From: Flaccisagitta enflata
Taxonomy: Eukaryota
Assembly (NCBI GenBank): GCA_965153355.1
Contig: OZ231126.1
Coordinates: forward strand, 34,534,001 to 34,598,000
Length of the DNA: 64,000 nt
Reading direction: 5' to 3'
Part shown: piece by piece, positions 1-13,381 of the stretch
How positions within the stretch are numbered: position 1 is the stretch's first letter
Layout: each line of letters opens with the position of its first letter
Program-made: the position numbers and the translations under genes
The notes under the pieces: model-generated
Told to the model about the DNA's origin: nothing
What the model saw: the letters and a program-made list of their open reading frames with translations, nothing else
The model's database searches: none

Positions 1-516
1 AGGTAATATGATTAAGAAATTCTTGTGTATTTGGTTTTCCCAATAAATGTAACTAATTTTGTAATTTTCACTATACAATACAATGCAATAATAAAAGAAA
101 TAATCATGAAATAACCAAATGGAAGTAAAAAAAATCAGCATTCAAGATTCTGAGAACAGAAGAAGTAAAAGTGTTAAATAAAAAGAAGAAGAAGAAAAAG
201 AAAATAAAGATTAAGTGAAAGTGAAAGTGGGTAAAGGATAAAGAAAAGGAAGAGGAAGAGGAAATTGTGAGAGTCTAAGTGACTGAAAAAAAGAAGAAGA
301 GGAGGAAAAATTTGAGGAGTAGGAGGAGGAAAAAGAAGAAGAAAAGATAGAAAAATTTTGGCGGGTAAAGAATAAGGGAGAGGAAGAGGAAGAGTTTGAG
401 TGAGTAAAAGTTTAAGAAGAGGAGGAGGAAGAAGAAGAATGCACATCTGTTAAGGAGGCAGTGAAAAGCTAGAGGGGATGAAGAAGAGGATAAAAATAAT
501 AGAAATATAGATAAAA

Positions 517-569
<53 letters not shown>

Positions 570-838
570 AAAAAAAAGAGATGGCCGGATATACAGCTAC
601 CCTAGTGGCATACGGGTGGGCAGGGGCAGTGATAGAGAAGGTCAATGACGCATTTAGGCAGGAGCAATGAGCTCAAAAGGCTCAAAAATGCCCAAAAAAA
701 TGGGGACCGACTGACCAACCAACAGATGGATGGACGGACGGACAAAGCGAGGTGTAGAATCGCGTAGCATGCGACTAAAAATGAAAGAGAGAAGGAGAGA
801 AAGAGAGAAAGAAAAAGAAAAAGAGAAAGAGAGAGACA

Positions 839-888
<50 letters not shown>

Positions 889-1451
889 AACAAAAATAAA
901 CAAAAATAAACAAACATAGCTAAAAAATCTAACAGTAGCTATAAAAAAAAACAAAGAAAAAGATAAAAATATCTATATGCAATATTTATTTAATCCAATT
1001 TAAGAAATCATTATAATGTATGAATTATTATCAATTCTTAGTTTATCAATATTATGTTTGTTTGTTAGTTTGCCTGCTTAACAGATATGCTCATCTTTTG
1101 ATTTGCAAACTGGCCATTTTGATAACAATAAATCCAAATTTGACGGTTTGGTTAACAATTTATCTTTTTTTTATAATGACATTGTATTGTACAAAAAACA
1201 TAATTGATTCATTTATTCATAGTTAAGAATAAAACACCTGGTAGCCTTTTTTATTTCTACCAATTACATTTTTTTTAGTGTCATATCATATCAATTTTAT
1301 ATCTATAGTCAAGGGTTTTTATGTAAGTATTATAACTATATTTTTCTATTTGAAAGATATTCATTTTTATTACTCAGGATTCTTGTGAATCAAGTACTAT
1401 TGAAATTGAAGTTCTTCTTTATTATGATATTAGATAAAATAATATATGCTT

Positions 1452-1684
1452 TAGTAGATGTGGTAATGGAAGCGGAAGCGGAAGCGGAAGCGGAAGCGAT
1501 AAAAAAAATTGAAATGGAAGCGGAAGCGGAAGCGGAAGCTTAAAAAAATTTTTAAATGGAAGCGGAAGCGGAAGCAAAAAAAATTTATTGAATGGAAGCG
1601 GAAGTGGAAGCGGAAGCAAAAAAAATTTTAAAAATGGAAGCGGAAGCGGAAGCGGTCCAAAAATTTGGCGCTTCCACATCACTA
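1452..1684. repeat. (GGAAGC)n compound repeat with short inverted ends (possible MITE)
   Basis: Five blocks of (GGAAGC)3-5 separated by A/T spacers; TAGT.GATGTGG / CCACATCACTA ends; no TSD. Confidence 0.7.
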
Positions 1685-3830
1685 GCCAGTGCTATGATGT
1701 AAGCTCACATGATTAGATATTTGTTTATTTGCTGCCGGGCTCGCTGTTTTTCCATCGGGCTCAGTAAAATTGTGCAGAGAGAGCCCGACTGGCTCTGTCA
1801 AAAAATTCACTAAAAAAAGGCCTGCCCATATGCTCGATCAGGGCCGAGTGTGGGACGGGATCCTGACAGATTTTGCCATTTTTGACCTCAGAAATGGATT
1901 CTACGGATTGAAAACCTTATAATATCAATCCTCAAATCCACTGACTTATCAACTTGGGTTTCTGTCACTTTTTTGGACCCCAAGAAGAATAAGAAGATGA
2001 AGTAGAACATTTGACGCGGGGGACACAATATTGCGGACGGGTGGGAAGGAACACACACACACACACACCCCCACCCACCCAACACACACACCCAACACAC
2101 ACACACCAACCCAACACACACGCAACTCTATAAGAGGCTTTGTCCGTCGGTTGGTCGGTCTGTCCGTCACGCTCAAGTTGAAAAGTATGAAAACGAGATT
2201 TCTGCCCCTGCCCACCCGTCTGCAACTGATGGCTGTGTATCCAGCCTTGTTTCATATTTTTCGACTCATGACTCTGACCGACGGACCGACAAAGCCTTGT
2301 TTAGAGTTGCGTGTCCGCAACTAAAAAGAGGAAGAGCGAGTGACATGGGGGTCACAATATCGTTGCGGACGGGTGGGCGGGAGCATACCACCCCCTCCAC
2401 ACCCTCGCCCTCCCCATACATGTACACACAAACACAGACCGGTAGCGTTTTCGCACTTTTCAACTCGATCATCGCGGACCCACGGACCAACGGACCGACA
2501 AAGCCTCTTAGAGAGTTGCGCGTCCGCAACTCAAATGTGGGAGGAAGGAACGGAAAAGACAAGCAGGCATGGCAAGTAGGTTTGCGTCTCGACAGCTCTC
2601 AGTAGAGAAAGATGTAGAGAAACAAGGCCGGTCCGGATACACGGCTACCCTCGTCGCGTGCGGCTGAGCAGGGACAGTGACTGAAAAGTTAACTTGGGCT
2701 TTTAGGCAGGGGCAGTGAGCTCAAAAAGCTTAATTTAAGCGCCAAACCAACTGACATAGCAGGGTGTGAAGTCACGTAGCACGCGGCTAGAAATGGTGGC
2801 AAGAAATAAGAGGTTCAAGCAGGAACGGTTGGTCAGTATGCATTTTTGTCGGTAATCTCCTTGTAAGTCACAGGGAAGAACCGAATTGATCAAATATAGC
2901 CAATCAGCTAAAAATCGGCGTTAAAATGTTTGTATGTTCATTGCTCATAACAGTTTTCGCCGTTAAAATGCCCACTTGATGGCGCTGGGTTCAATAACGG
3001 CGAAAACTCCTCAGCACACCTTCCTGTTATTGAACAAATTTCAGTACTTCTTGATAGAAATAGATGATTATACCCTTTTTAAGACGGGTAGATCGTCGCT
3101 GGCAAGTTTGATTGTCAAAATTTGTTTTGGAAGCTCCTAACGACTCTTTACTGCGATTACTACATTATGCAAATTAGGAAAATGATTAGGAGATTTTGCG
3201 GTTGCTGTTGCGGTTGCGTGTTATTATGAGGCTCTATCGTATTTATCAAATGCTTAAACTATCCGTCAATGAAAAAGGAAGGACGGAAAGAAAGACGGAC
3301 AGAAAGAAAGAAAAAAAGAAAGAATGAAAAAAAGAAAGAGGGAAGGAAAACGGAAACCGTCAGAAAGAAATGAAACAGGGAAAACATTAAGGAAGAAAGG
3401 AAATAAGAAAGAGAGGAAAATGGAAAGAAAGGAAGAAAGGAAAATGTGAAGGAAGATAGGAAGACAAAAAAGAAAAAAGGAAAACGTAAAGTAAGAAAAA
3501 CGTTACGGAAAAGTTGCGCAGGAGCAGTAATGCGAAAACCGTTCGAAATTCAAAAATGTGATGACCGACCGACCGACCGACCGACCGACAAGGCAAGATG
3601 GAGAGTCGCGTGTTCGCGACTGAAAAGGAAAATGTGAAGAAAGAAAGATAGGAAATGGAAAAAAAGATAGAAAGGAAAATAGAAAGAAAGGAAGAGAGGG
3701 AAATGGAAAAAATGGAAGAACGGAAAAAAAGAAAGAGGAAAACAGAAAGAAAGGAAAATGGGAAGAAAGGATGAAAGAAAAATGTAAAGAATGAGAGAAA
3801 GTAAAATGTAAAAAAAAGGAAGAAAAGATA

Positions 3831-4449
3831 CAGTACCTTCCGAGCAAACCCGGTTAAAACTGGAGGACTAATTTTTGTTATTTTAATTTCATTTCCCAAA
3901 CTTCATTTTTTGCATCAAATTTAATTAAAAGATACTTAATTCCTTGAACATATTTGGCTGTCAAAAAAAATAACTCGTGAAATCAAAGTGCATGAAGACA
4001 TTAATATTGAGTGTTCTAACCCAGACTGTTGGATTCGGCAGAAAATTTTACCTATCCTAGATTACAAGAACAGCTTAGTCAGACAATTATTTCAGATTTT
4101 ATGGCCATTTAAAGTTTTTAAGGACAATTGTCCAAAATCATTTTGAGACAATTGTCCTTAAAAACTTTAAATGGCTGTAAAATCTGAAATAATTATCTGA
4201 CTGAGCTGTTCTTGTAGTCTGGGATAGGTAAAATTTTCTGCCGAATCCAATGGTCTGGGTTAGAACACTCAATATTGATGTCTTTGTGCACTTTGATTTC
4301 ACGAGTTATTTTTTTTGACAGCCAAATATGTTCAAGGAATTAAGTATCCTTTAATAAAGTTATGTACAAAAAAATGAAGTTTGGCAAATGAAATTAAAGT
4401 AACAAAAATTAATCCTCCAGTTTTAGCCGGGTTTGCTCGGAAGGTACTG
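3831..4449. mobile_element. Palindromic (foldback) MITE, Tc1/mariner-pogo type
   Basis: TA|CAGTACCTTCCGAGCAAACCCGG...CCGGGTTTGCTCGGAAGGTACTG|TA; arms complementary almost to the centre at about 4140. Confidence 0.9.
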
Positions 4450-4673
4450 TAAAGAAAGGAAAACGTAAACGTAAACGATGGAAGAAAGGAAAATGTAAAG
4501 AAAGAAAAAAATGAATAATCAAAAGATAAGAAGGAAAACGGACAGAAAGGAAGAAAGGAAAACGTAAATAAAGAAAAACAAAGGGAAGGATAAAAGGAAA
4601 ACTTAACGAAAGAAAGAAAAATTGTAAGAAAGGAACAAAGCAAAAAAGTAAAGAAAGAAAGAAAGAAAGAAAG

Positions 4674-4723
<50 letters not shown>

Positions 4724-5182
4724 GAAAATGGAAAGAAGAAAAGGAAAACAGAAAGAAAGGGAAAAAACCGAAAAGAAAGGAAGAACAGGACACAGGCAGA
4801 AAAAGAATGTAGGAAAACGGAAAGAAAGAAAGGAAAATGGAACAAAAGGAAGCACGGAAAACGTAAAAAAAGGATGCAAAGAAAATGGAGAGAAAAAAGG
4901 AAAGGGGAATGAAGGGATGGAGGTAAAACGGAAAGAAAGGAAAAGAGGATAACATAAAGAAAGGACAGAAAGGAAGAACAGAAAATGGTCAGAAAGGAAA
5001 ATGGAAAGAAAGGAAGAAAGGAAAACGGAAAGAAACGAAAACGGAAAGAAAGGAAAACAAAAGGAAAGACAGAAAGGTAAACGGAAAGAAAGGAAGAAAG
5101 GTAAACGGAGGGTAAAGAAGAAAGGTAAACGGAAGGAAAGGAAGAAAAAAGAGAGAAAAAAAGGAAAACGGAAGAAGAGAAA
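4450..5182. repeat. Purine-rich low-complexity (AAAGG/AAAG) tract
   Basis: Continues 3270-3830 on the other side of the foldback; source of the Phe/Ser/Leu-rich spurious ORFs. Confidence 0.85.
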
Positions 5183-5431
5183 CAAGTGACGCAGGGTCAC
5201 AATATCGTTGCGGACGGGTGGGCAGGGGCATCCAACCCCCAGCCTCACCCCGATCACACACCCCCATCTCCCCTCCAACACACTCACACACAAACAATTC
5301 CAACTGCAGCATCCTAAAAACATGTTTTTCGCGTTTTCAACTCGAGCATGATAACTCAAACGTGACGGACCGACGGACAGACGGACAAAGCCTCTTATAG
5401 AGTTCCGTGTCCGCAACTAACAATGCCGGAT

Positions 5432-5946
5432 TCGGGTGTGTCAATATGCAAAAGATCTTTTGATCAGCTCATCATCATCAGGGAGTATGAAGACACTAAT
5501 TACAAGACACTTACCGTTTTTATTTTTTTCAATTTCAATCATCTTCCATTTTTTTAGCGCATGTAAAGATTGTCAAAAATATATATATTTTTAGCGACTG
5601 CACCCAGTTTTGTTGAAAATAAGACTAATAAATCATTTTGAAAATTATATTTTTTTCTATTACTAAATCATCTTGTATCAAAGCAGAAGATTTTGATTAA
5701 TTTTTTATAGTATAAAGAATAACAGATCCAATGTGTTTTGATTCTTTTCTTTGTCATCAATAATCCAGGTGCAAAACCAGCTGCACTACAATATACAAAT
5801 TAGGGGCTAAATGGGGATTTACAAAAAAATGGAAGATGAATGAAATTTGGAAAAAGAAAAACGGTAAGTATCTTGGAATCAATGTCCCAACAATCCCTGA
5901 TGATGACGATCTGATCAAGAAACCTTTTGCATATTGACACACTCGA
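5432..5946. mobile_element. MITE with TCGGGTGTGTC termini and 9-bp TSD (Mutator-like), inserted in a HINE end
   Basis: About 110-bp TIRs; TSD ATGCCGGAT at 5423-5431 and 5947-5955. Confidence 0.85.
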
Positions 5947-6310
5947 ATGCCGGATACACGGTCATCAGTTGCGGACGGGTGGGCAGGGGCGGAAATACGT
6001 GTTTTCCCAATGTTTTACTCGATCATTACGGACGGACGGACGGAAGGAAGGACGGACGGACCGATGGACAGACCGACGGATGGACAAAACCTCTCATAGA
6101 GTTGCGTGTCCGCAACTAAAAACGGAAAGGAAGAGAGGGAAACGGAAAAAGATAAGGGAGGGAAAACGGAATAAAAAGAAGAAAGAAAATCGTAATGAAA
6201 AGAAAAAAAGAAAAGGAAAAGAAGAGAAAATGGAAAGAAAAGAAGAGAAAATGGAAAAAAACAAGGCCGAGTACATGGGCCAAGACGGCGCGCCGGGCGT
6301 TATAAATTCT

Positions 6311-6472
6311 TAGACCTATCCTTGGCTCCATCAGACCTATCCCTAGCTCTTTCAGACCTATCCCGAGCTCTATCTGTCCTGTCCTGAGCTCTATCAGACC
6401 TATCCCGAGCTCTATCAGACCTATCACCAGACCTATCCTACCTATCCCCAGCTCTATCAGACCTGACCGTAG
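6311..6472. repeat. 21-bp tandem repeat AGCTCTATCAGACCTATCCCG within a HINE-like element (about 6260-6625)
   Basis: Direct reading; element starts AACAAGGCC and carries a (GACG/GATG) microsatellite. Confidence 0.8.
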
Positions 6473-8163
6473 CTGAATATTTTAGTGAATGAAATGACGA
6501 GTACCATCAATGATGAACGAAATTTTTTTTCAATTGATTTCAAACATTTTTAGCGATTTTTCATTCGAGCGTGACCGACGGATGGATGGACGGACAGAGC
6601 CTCTTGAAGTGGTGCTATGGTGCAATCTTCTACTCTCTCCATTTTCTTATTCTTTCTCTAGTTGCCGAGCCGACTTCTGAGATCATCTATATTCTATAAG
6701 CATGACTGTCAGTCTTTCTTTTTCGCTTTCTTCCTTCGACTTTCTCCTTTTCATTTTCATTTTCTTTAAAAGAGGCTTTTTCCGTCTGTCGGTCTGTCTG
6801 TCCGTCAGTGTATTAGACTGTGGTGATCAAGTCTTAAAGAGGAAAAACAAGCGTTTTTGAAACTATTTTTGGATGTTTGGGTGTGGAGGTGGGAGTTTGA
6901 CGCCCCTGCCCAACCGTCCGCAACGATATTGTGACCCCGCCTCACTTATTCTTCTTCTGCACACCTATCTTTATCTTATTCTCCTTTATCTTCTTTATTT
7001 TCATCATCTTCATCTTCTTCTTCTTTATCATCTTCTTCTTCATCATCTCCTTCTTTGTTATCTTCTTTATCATCTCAATCATCTTAATCATCGTTATCAT
7101 TTGCATCTTCATCTTCATCTTTATCTCCATCATCATCTTCATCCTCTTCTTTCTCTTTATCTTCTTCCTCCTCTCTCTTCTTCCTCTTCTTTCTCATTCT
7201 TCTTTTTCATTCTTCTTTCTCTTTCTTCTTTTCCCTCTCCTTATCCTTTATAGATGCGTCCTCGCATATAATAGGCTCTGTCTGTTGGTCGGTTGGTTGA
7301 GTAACAAATTTATTAAAAACATCGAATTCATGAATTTTTATCAACAGAAAAGTGGTGTTGATCAAGTGAAAGAAGCATACATCTGTTAATTCATTCAATA
7401 AATCATTTATTCTTTCGTAAGTGACTTTCATAAAAGACCATTTATAAAAAACATTCATTCATAAAAAATATTTATGCAAAGAGGACGCATCTTTGGCCTA
7501 CTTGGCCTTGTTCTTCTTTTTGGGCAGCGACCCCGAAGGGGACGAAGTTCTGTAGGACACAGGGGGACTTCGACTTCTTTTTGTCTGTCATTCCGTTTGT
7601 CCAGCCCTCAGAACAGTCCAGTCTAAAATAGGCCATCTCAGGCCTCAAATTGGCCCTTTCGAAACCAAAATTCACCCTCTCAGGCTTCAAATTGGCCCTA
7701 ATAGACCTCAGATCTGACCTCAGATCAAGCCTCAATCAGCCATCAACCCTCAAATCTACCCTCTCAAGCCTCCAATCAGCCCTCTCGGGCATTAAATCGG
7801 TCCTCAAAGACCTCCAATTTGCCCTCCCAGGCTTCAGGAATGACGGACGAACTTAGTCCCCCGGAGTTTTACAAAACTTCGTCCCCTGCCCTGCTCCCCC
7901 TTTCTCTAAACTGGTGTATATGAGCAAAATGGTAAGGAAGAATCTTTAAGCGTCTGAGGTTGGGATAGTGGCTTTGAGAATCAATTTTGGTCAAGAAGCT
8001 GGTGTTTAGGCTTCGATAATGGTATTTTGACCTTGAGGCTGGGATTTGAGGAACTTAGGCTTCAGGCTGTGGTATGGGCCTCAAAACAGGTTTCAGCCTT
8101 ATGTTCATTCATCAATCATAAATTACCAAGTCGTTAGAAAATTATCTTCCCTTTCTCTTTCAG

Positions 8164-8333
8164 GTTATGAAGTGATAGCTAAAAATCCATTTGTCGACAT
8201 CTACCGATGCTCCGCGTTCCGCCTAGAAGCTCTGACTCCGGGGGTTATGATGATCGACGGAGAGGCTTTCCATCATCTCGACGCGGTACAGGGAGAGATC
8301 ATGAAGGGCGCCGCGTCTGTCATCGCTGGATGA
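8164..8333 (+). CDS. Terminal coding exon of a sphingosine kinase / ceramide kinase-like (DAGK-family lipid kinase) gene
   Basis: Polypyrimidine acceptor ttccctttctctttcag ends at 8163. The phase-1 exon reads (G)YEVIAKNPFVDIYRCSAFRLEALTPGVMMIDGEAFHHLDAVQGEIMKGAASVIAG*, matching the SphK/CERK C-terminal 'AFRLEP...G...VDGE' motif. AATAAA follows at 8452-8457. Upstream exons not identified in the window. Confidence 0.8.
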
Positions 8334-8451
8334 ACCATAACACGCTCAGTAACATGACTAGTCACGCGCTCAAATGTTCACACGCGACAATGACATCGAT
8401 GACACCAAGAGATTAATGCGGTTACTATTTTGTAGTCCCTCCATTAAACTC

Positions 8452-8457
8452 AATAAA
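8452..8457 (+). terminator. Polyadenylation signal of the kinase-like gene
   Basis: AATAAA about 120 nt after the TGA at 8331-8333. Confidence 0.5.
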
Positions 8458-9470
8458 ATATCTACGCACTTCAGCCGTTTTCCCGAGTAGTCATCACTTT
8501 CGCCGCATAATTGGCCAAAACTCGCGCGACACTGACCCTAGGGTAGTTTTTGAGCCAAGATGTATCCTATCGATTTCTGCAACTATCTATCAGTGTCGCC
8601 TTTCAGCTCACAAGAAAAAACGAGGTATGAAATTAGTACCATTTCTTTATTGTCTGTTAAGAGAACTCAAATCCGGGTAGCGACAAAAGTTCAACGAAAC
8701 AAATCACAACCGCTTGTAACCGGATTCAACTGAGCGTAATAAATAGTTGTTGGGCCACTGAATGGAAAAAGAAGGCAGAAGGTGACTACTCTCTTTCACG
8801 GAGTCAAGGAAAAAGCCCTACCATCTTGGAAATAAATATACGGACACCTAACCATGATAATAGCAGCTAAACTTTCATATCCAATAAAACAATGAAAGCA
8901 GATCCATAAACTATGACAAAAAATCTTCCATTCAAGACCAAGCAGAGCTTGGTAGCTCAATCCGTTTCCAAATGAGAGCGTTTTGAAAAAAACTAATTTC
9001 ACCAAAATCTTATTTAGAGGTTTTCAGTTCATATCTTCAAAGGACAACCTACATTGAAATAGCTCTCAAATCTAAACGGATTGAGCAAGATCATTCCGCT
9101 TGATCACATTTTTGACAAATTTTTCTATTGTTGAAAAAATGGACGACTGCGACTGTAGTTAATCATAATGCCCTGAAATTATCTAATAATAAAAGAAAAC
9201 AAAACTGATTCTTTGATTTTTTTGTTGCTTTTTGAGAGGCAAAGGATACACGGATTCAAGATGAAAAATCATAGACAAATCTCATAAAAAATCAGAACAG
9301 AAGCTCTTGATAGATCAAAATACCATATGACTAAAAATTTAATAATTTGGGCATATACTTCATTCAGTGAATGAAAAAGCTAACTTTTCTCCAGCTGTCC
9401 GTATGTTTATTTCCAAGGTAGTAGGTAGAAATAAACTGTAGGTCGAAATAAACCCTTAATCGAAATAAAT

Positions 9471-10266
9471 TGTCAAGACTCCTGACTTGGTGAAATAGGT
9501 TTTTTAATACAATAGCTACAAAATAAAAACAAAAATTAAAAAATTGGTTTGGAAATATCGAATTTATAGCCCGATAATAGAAAAAATTATTCATATGCAT
9601 TTTTTAAACTAAAATATCTTTATGTATTTGTTTAAACTAAAAAAAGTTCCAAAAGTTAAAAAAAAATATCTGAAAAGTGGGGCTACAGTTGTTGCACAAA
9701 TGGCTTTACCCTTTTGTCTTTGTTATAAACCATTCTTAAATGACCTTTCTTCATGATTTTTTGCTAATATTTAGCTCTTATATACAAAATAGATCTTAAA
9801 ACAAGCTGGTAAAGATCCAAGCATGTGTATTTTAACAGTAATTACGCATTGTTTTATAGTTTTTCAAGTTTTGACAATAGTTTCAACAAAATATAGTTTT
9901 TCGACTTTTATCTGTTAAATATCACGTCAAACTTACATCAAGGGGTCAAGACATTGGCAAAGCAACTATTGCATAGAAATACATATTTTTTACCTATCAT
10001 TTCAATACAGTAGAACCCCGCAATAACAGCCTCGCTTTTAAAGGTTCCCCATTAATAAAGGTTAATATTTTGAGGTACAAAATGGTAGTTTTTAATGTGA
10101 TTTCACCTCTCTTTAAAGATTATCCTGAGATAAAGGTGAAAAATCTTTAGTCCCAATGGGACCGATGAGGCGAGGTCCTACTGTATTTCCAAGCCATTTT
10201 CTGTTTGCCCTAAATCTATAACTCGCGCATAAAAAAACACTATTCACCTAATCAGGAGTCTTGACA
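9471..10266. mobile_element. Putative TIR element with TGTCAAGACTCCTGA termini
   Basis: About 25-bp imperfect inverted repeats at both ends; no convincing TSD. Confidence 0.45.
10008..10183. mobile_element. pogo/Tigger-like MITE
   Basis: TA|CAGTAGAACCCCGC...GCGAGGTCCTACTG|TA; homologous interrupted copy at 10535-12513. Confidence 0.8.
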
Positions 10267-10534
10267 TTTTGTTTCAACCTAAGGATTATTCCAGGACGCC
10301 GTGCTCTCTAAGCTTAATTGAGGAACACAGAAATTGCTTCCAGCAGGCGAAGAAAGTAATAGGCTTTGCATCCATTAACGTTGAGCATAAAGTATTTCTA
10401 GTTCTCTAAAAACATGCAGATCTCTAAAAACATGCAATCTTTTTCATAATTTAAGTCTTTTTTGTTTGCACAATAGGTCATTACAACTAACTTGGCTTTT
10501 CTATCTTTGTAATAATGACCCGTTACCAGCACTA

Positions 10535-12513
10535 CAGTAAAATAGTGAAACCCCGCAATAACAGCCCCGCTTTTAAAGGTTCCCCATCAATAAAGGTCAA
10601 CATTTTGAGATCCCAAATGGTAACTTTTAATGTGATTTCACCTTCAGGTTATCCTGAGATAATGGTGAACAAGGCCAAAAACACGGCAGGACAGTCGCGG
10701 ATGGTTGGGCAGGAGCAGTAACGCAAAAAACGCTCGCTATTCAGAAATGTGACCGACAGACGGACGGACAGATGGATTGACCGACACGGCAAGGTGTAGA
10801 GTGGGGCCGACAGTTTTTGCATCAAATCAATTGAACACCCCAGCCTGCAGCTTTTTTAAACAGACTGTCTATACTGTTGAAGACTACTCGCTATATGACT
10901 TTTCTCCGTGATTTAGAGGTGCCAGATTTGATATTTTGATCAGAACTTGATGGTGGTTATGGTAAAAATGTCAAATTTAGGTCATTTTGGCCGCCAAATT
11001 GGGCCACTTAACCTTAGAAATCAAACCTAAAATCCATGAAATTTTAAAACTAGAGCTCAAGATCTCACTAGTGGTGCAATCCACATGTTTCCATCCTTTT
11101 TTGTTTAGCTTTGAGAGCATTTTAAAGATCAAAGGGTTTGAAAGGAAAATGGCAGCTTCAATCTCAGTGGCAATTTTGACATTTTTCACAAATTTCAATA
11201 TTGTGGCTTAGGATGAACCAATCTGCATAAAATTGGTGATCAAATTGAAGAGTTTTTCTTGTTCAAGCTGATTGTAAAAAAATCTTTGATCCTTATTCCC
11301 CCCAAAAAAATTTAGAGACTGTAGAAGCAGGTGGTCAATTTTCGATGAAAAATTAGGCCACTTCCAATTCATAAAAGGACTTAAAATCCAAAATCAAAAT
11401 AAAGTACTGCTCAGGAGCTAACCAGTGGTGCAATCAGCGTGTCAATATGTTTTTGCACTTAGATTTTATAGAGCTTCAAAGATTAAAATACCAAAAAATT
11501 GTTATTTTGACATACCCTTAGATCTTTGAAGTTCTATAAAATTTAAATGCAAAATCATATGGACATGCCAATTGCACCACTGGTTAGCTCCTGAGCAGTA
11601 CTTTATTTTGCTCATGGATTTTAAGTTTTTTTTATAAATTGGAAGTGGACTAATTTTTCATCCAAAATTGTTCAATTTGCAAAAAAATCAACTTTTTTGC
11701 CCCCGTTTCCACAGTCTTTAAAAATTTTTTGAGGGAATATTGATCAAAAATTTTTTTACCATCTGCTAGAACACAAACAAGGCCATCGCATTACAAGTCG
11801 CGAGCGGTCTTGAAGACAAAGACTAAAAGACCTAAAGACCAAAAGATAAAACAACTAAAAGCAGGAGCAGTAAAGCAAAAAACGCCCAAAAATGCCTATA
11901 AAAGCTAACTGCGATCAACTGACTAACAGACAGACCGACCAACCAACCAACTGACATAGCGGTTCATAGTCGCGTAGCACGCGACTAAAAACTTTAATTT
12001 GATCACCAATTTTATGCAGATTAGTCCATCCAAAGCCGCGAAATATTGAAATTTGTGGAAAAAGTCAAAATTGCCACTGAAATTGAAGCCGCAATTTTCC
12101 TTTCAAACCCTTTCATCTTTGAAATGCTCTGAAATCTAAACAAAAAATGATAGAAGCATGCGGATTGCACCACTATTGAAATCTTGAGCTCTTGTTTTAT
12201 AATCTCATGGATTTTAGGTTTTATTTCTAAGGCTAAGTGGCCCATTTTGGAGGCCAAAATGACCTAAATTTGACATTTTTACCACAACCACCATCTAGTT
12301 ATGATCAAAATATCAAATCTGGCACCTCTAAATCACAAAGAAAAGTCATACAGCGAGTAGTTTTCAACAGTATAGACCTAGTCTGTTTAAAAAAGCTGCA
12401 GGCTGGGGTGTTCAATTGATTTGATGCAAAAACCATTGGCCCTAGTGTAGAGTTGCGTGTCCACAACTAAAAATCTTCAGTCTCAATGGGACCGATGAGG
12501 CGGGGTCCTACTG
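10535..12513. mobile_element. pogo/Tigger-like MITE interrupted by nested HINE, hAT foldback and HINE
   Basis: 10545-10668 plus 12470-12513 reconstruct the 10008-10183 element. Confidence 0.8.
10802..12444. mobile_element. hAT-type foldback element
   Basis: T(A/G)GGGCC termini; 8-bp TSD GTGTAGAG (10794-10801, 12445-12452); about 700-bp complementary arms centred near 11510; HINE at 11776-11990 in the right arm. Confidence 0.88.
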
Positions 12514-13064
12514 TAATAGGATATTATCAATAATTTTGTGCAGTTGCTTGCCCAAATTTCACGCGACTAAGAATAGTCGGGCTTTATCTAAGTAGATTTA
12601 GCCAATGTTTTCGAGGTATGTAATCAGGGTTGATGAGATGTTAGAAATTACACTACTAAAAATTCAGGACCACAATATGAGGACAAGGCCCGAGTGCATC
12701 TTCTACCGAGCCACCTCTCCACGCTGTGGTTAATCCTAAGGAGATTAAGCATGGTTTTTTTTAGTCGCGTGCACGCGACTATGTGACCCGCTCTGTCCGT
12801 CTGTCTGTCTGTTGGTCGGTCTGTCACACTTTGCTTTTTTTAGCCATTTAACATCATTACTGCTCCTGCTTTTAGTTGTTTTGTTTTTTGGTCTTTAGGT
12901 CTTTTAGTCTTTTAGTCTTCAAGACCGCACGCGTTGGCCTTGTTTTAAATGGCTTAGCATTAGTTATAAAGACCCAAGCACAACCGTCGAAGAACTCAAT
13001 GAGGAAGCAGTTGAATTCGATCCTCTCTTCAGCAAGATACGATAAAAATTAAGAGATAAGAGCA

Positions 13065-13184
13065 CTAGGCAGAGAAGTTCCGCGTGACTTTGCGATTGAG
13101 CACTGGACAGATAGGCCGATAGTTGTTCACCATTTTTGGTCCATTAGAATCTTCAGTAATGCATAAATTGCGCAACGTATTCAA
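13065..13184 (-). CDS. Alpha-carbonic anhydrase exon 7 (120 nt incl. stop)
   Basis: caccatcag| LNTLRNLCITEDSNGPKMVNNYRPICPVLNRKVTRNFSA TAG; NNYRP motif; 90-nt intron 6. The seven exons sum to 783 nt = 260 aa + stop. Confidence 0.95.
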   Translation of the reverse strand: MNTLRNLCITEDSNGPKMVNNYRPICPVLNRKVTRNFSA

Positions 13185-13274
13185 CTGATGGTGAATAATA
13201 AAAATTAAAAAATCGTCAAGGTTTGCTTACTTCTGAAATTACCTTAGGCTGACTCATCACTTAAGGCACCATAC

Positions 13275-13381
13275 CTGTCCTTCAGAGAATTCTACGGGTT
13301 TGAGAAAATTAACCCATTGCACCGATTCAAAAAGCGGAGGAGTAGTTAATGAGCCACGATACGTGAAGAACTCTGACGAAT
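13275..13381 (-). CDS. Alpha-carbonic anhydrase exon 6 (107 nt)
   Basis: attgtccag| ... |gtatgg; DSSEFFTYRGSLTTPPLFESVQWVNFLKPVEFSEGQ; GSLTTPP motif (T199/T200). Confidence 0.96.

Noticed and set aside
1-8. AG|GTAATA as donor of the kinase's preceding exon
   Set aside because: Phase-compatible, but only 2 exonic bases are visible so it cannot be supported
3387-5416. Phe/Ser/Leu-rich 'membrane protein' ORFs
   Set aside because: Reverse translation of purine-rich low-complexity tracts
8797-9369. Possible CAC...GTG TIR element
   Set aside because: Terminal match too degenerate and no TSD
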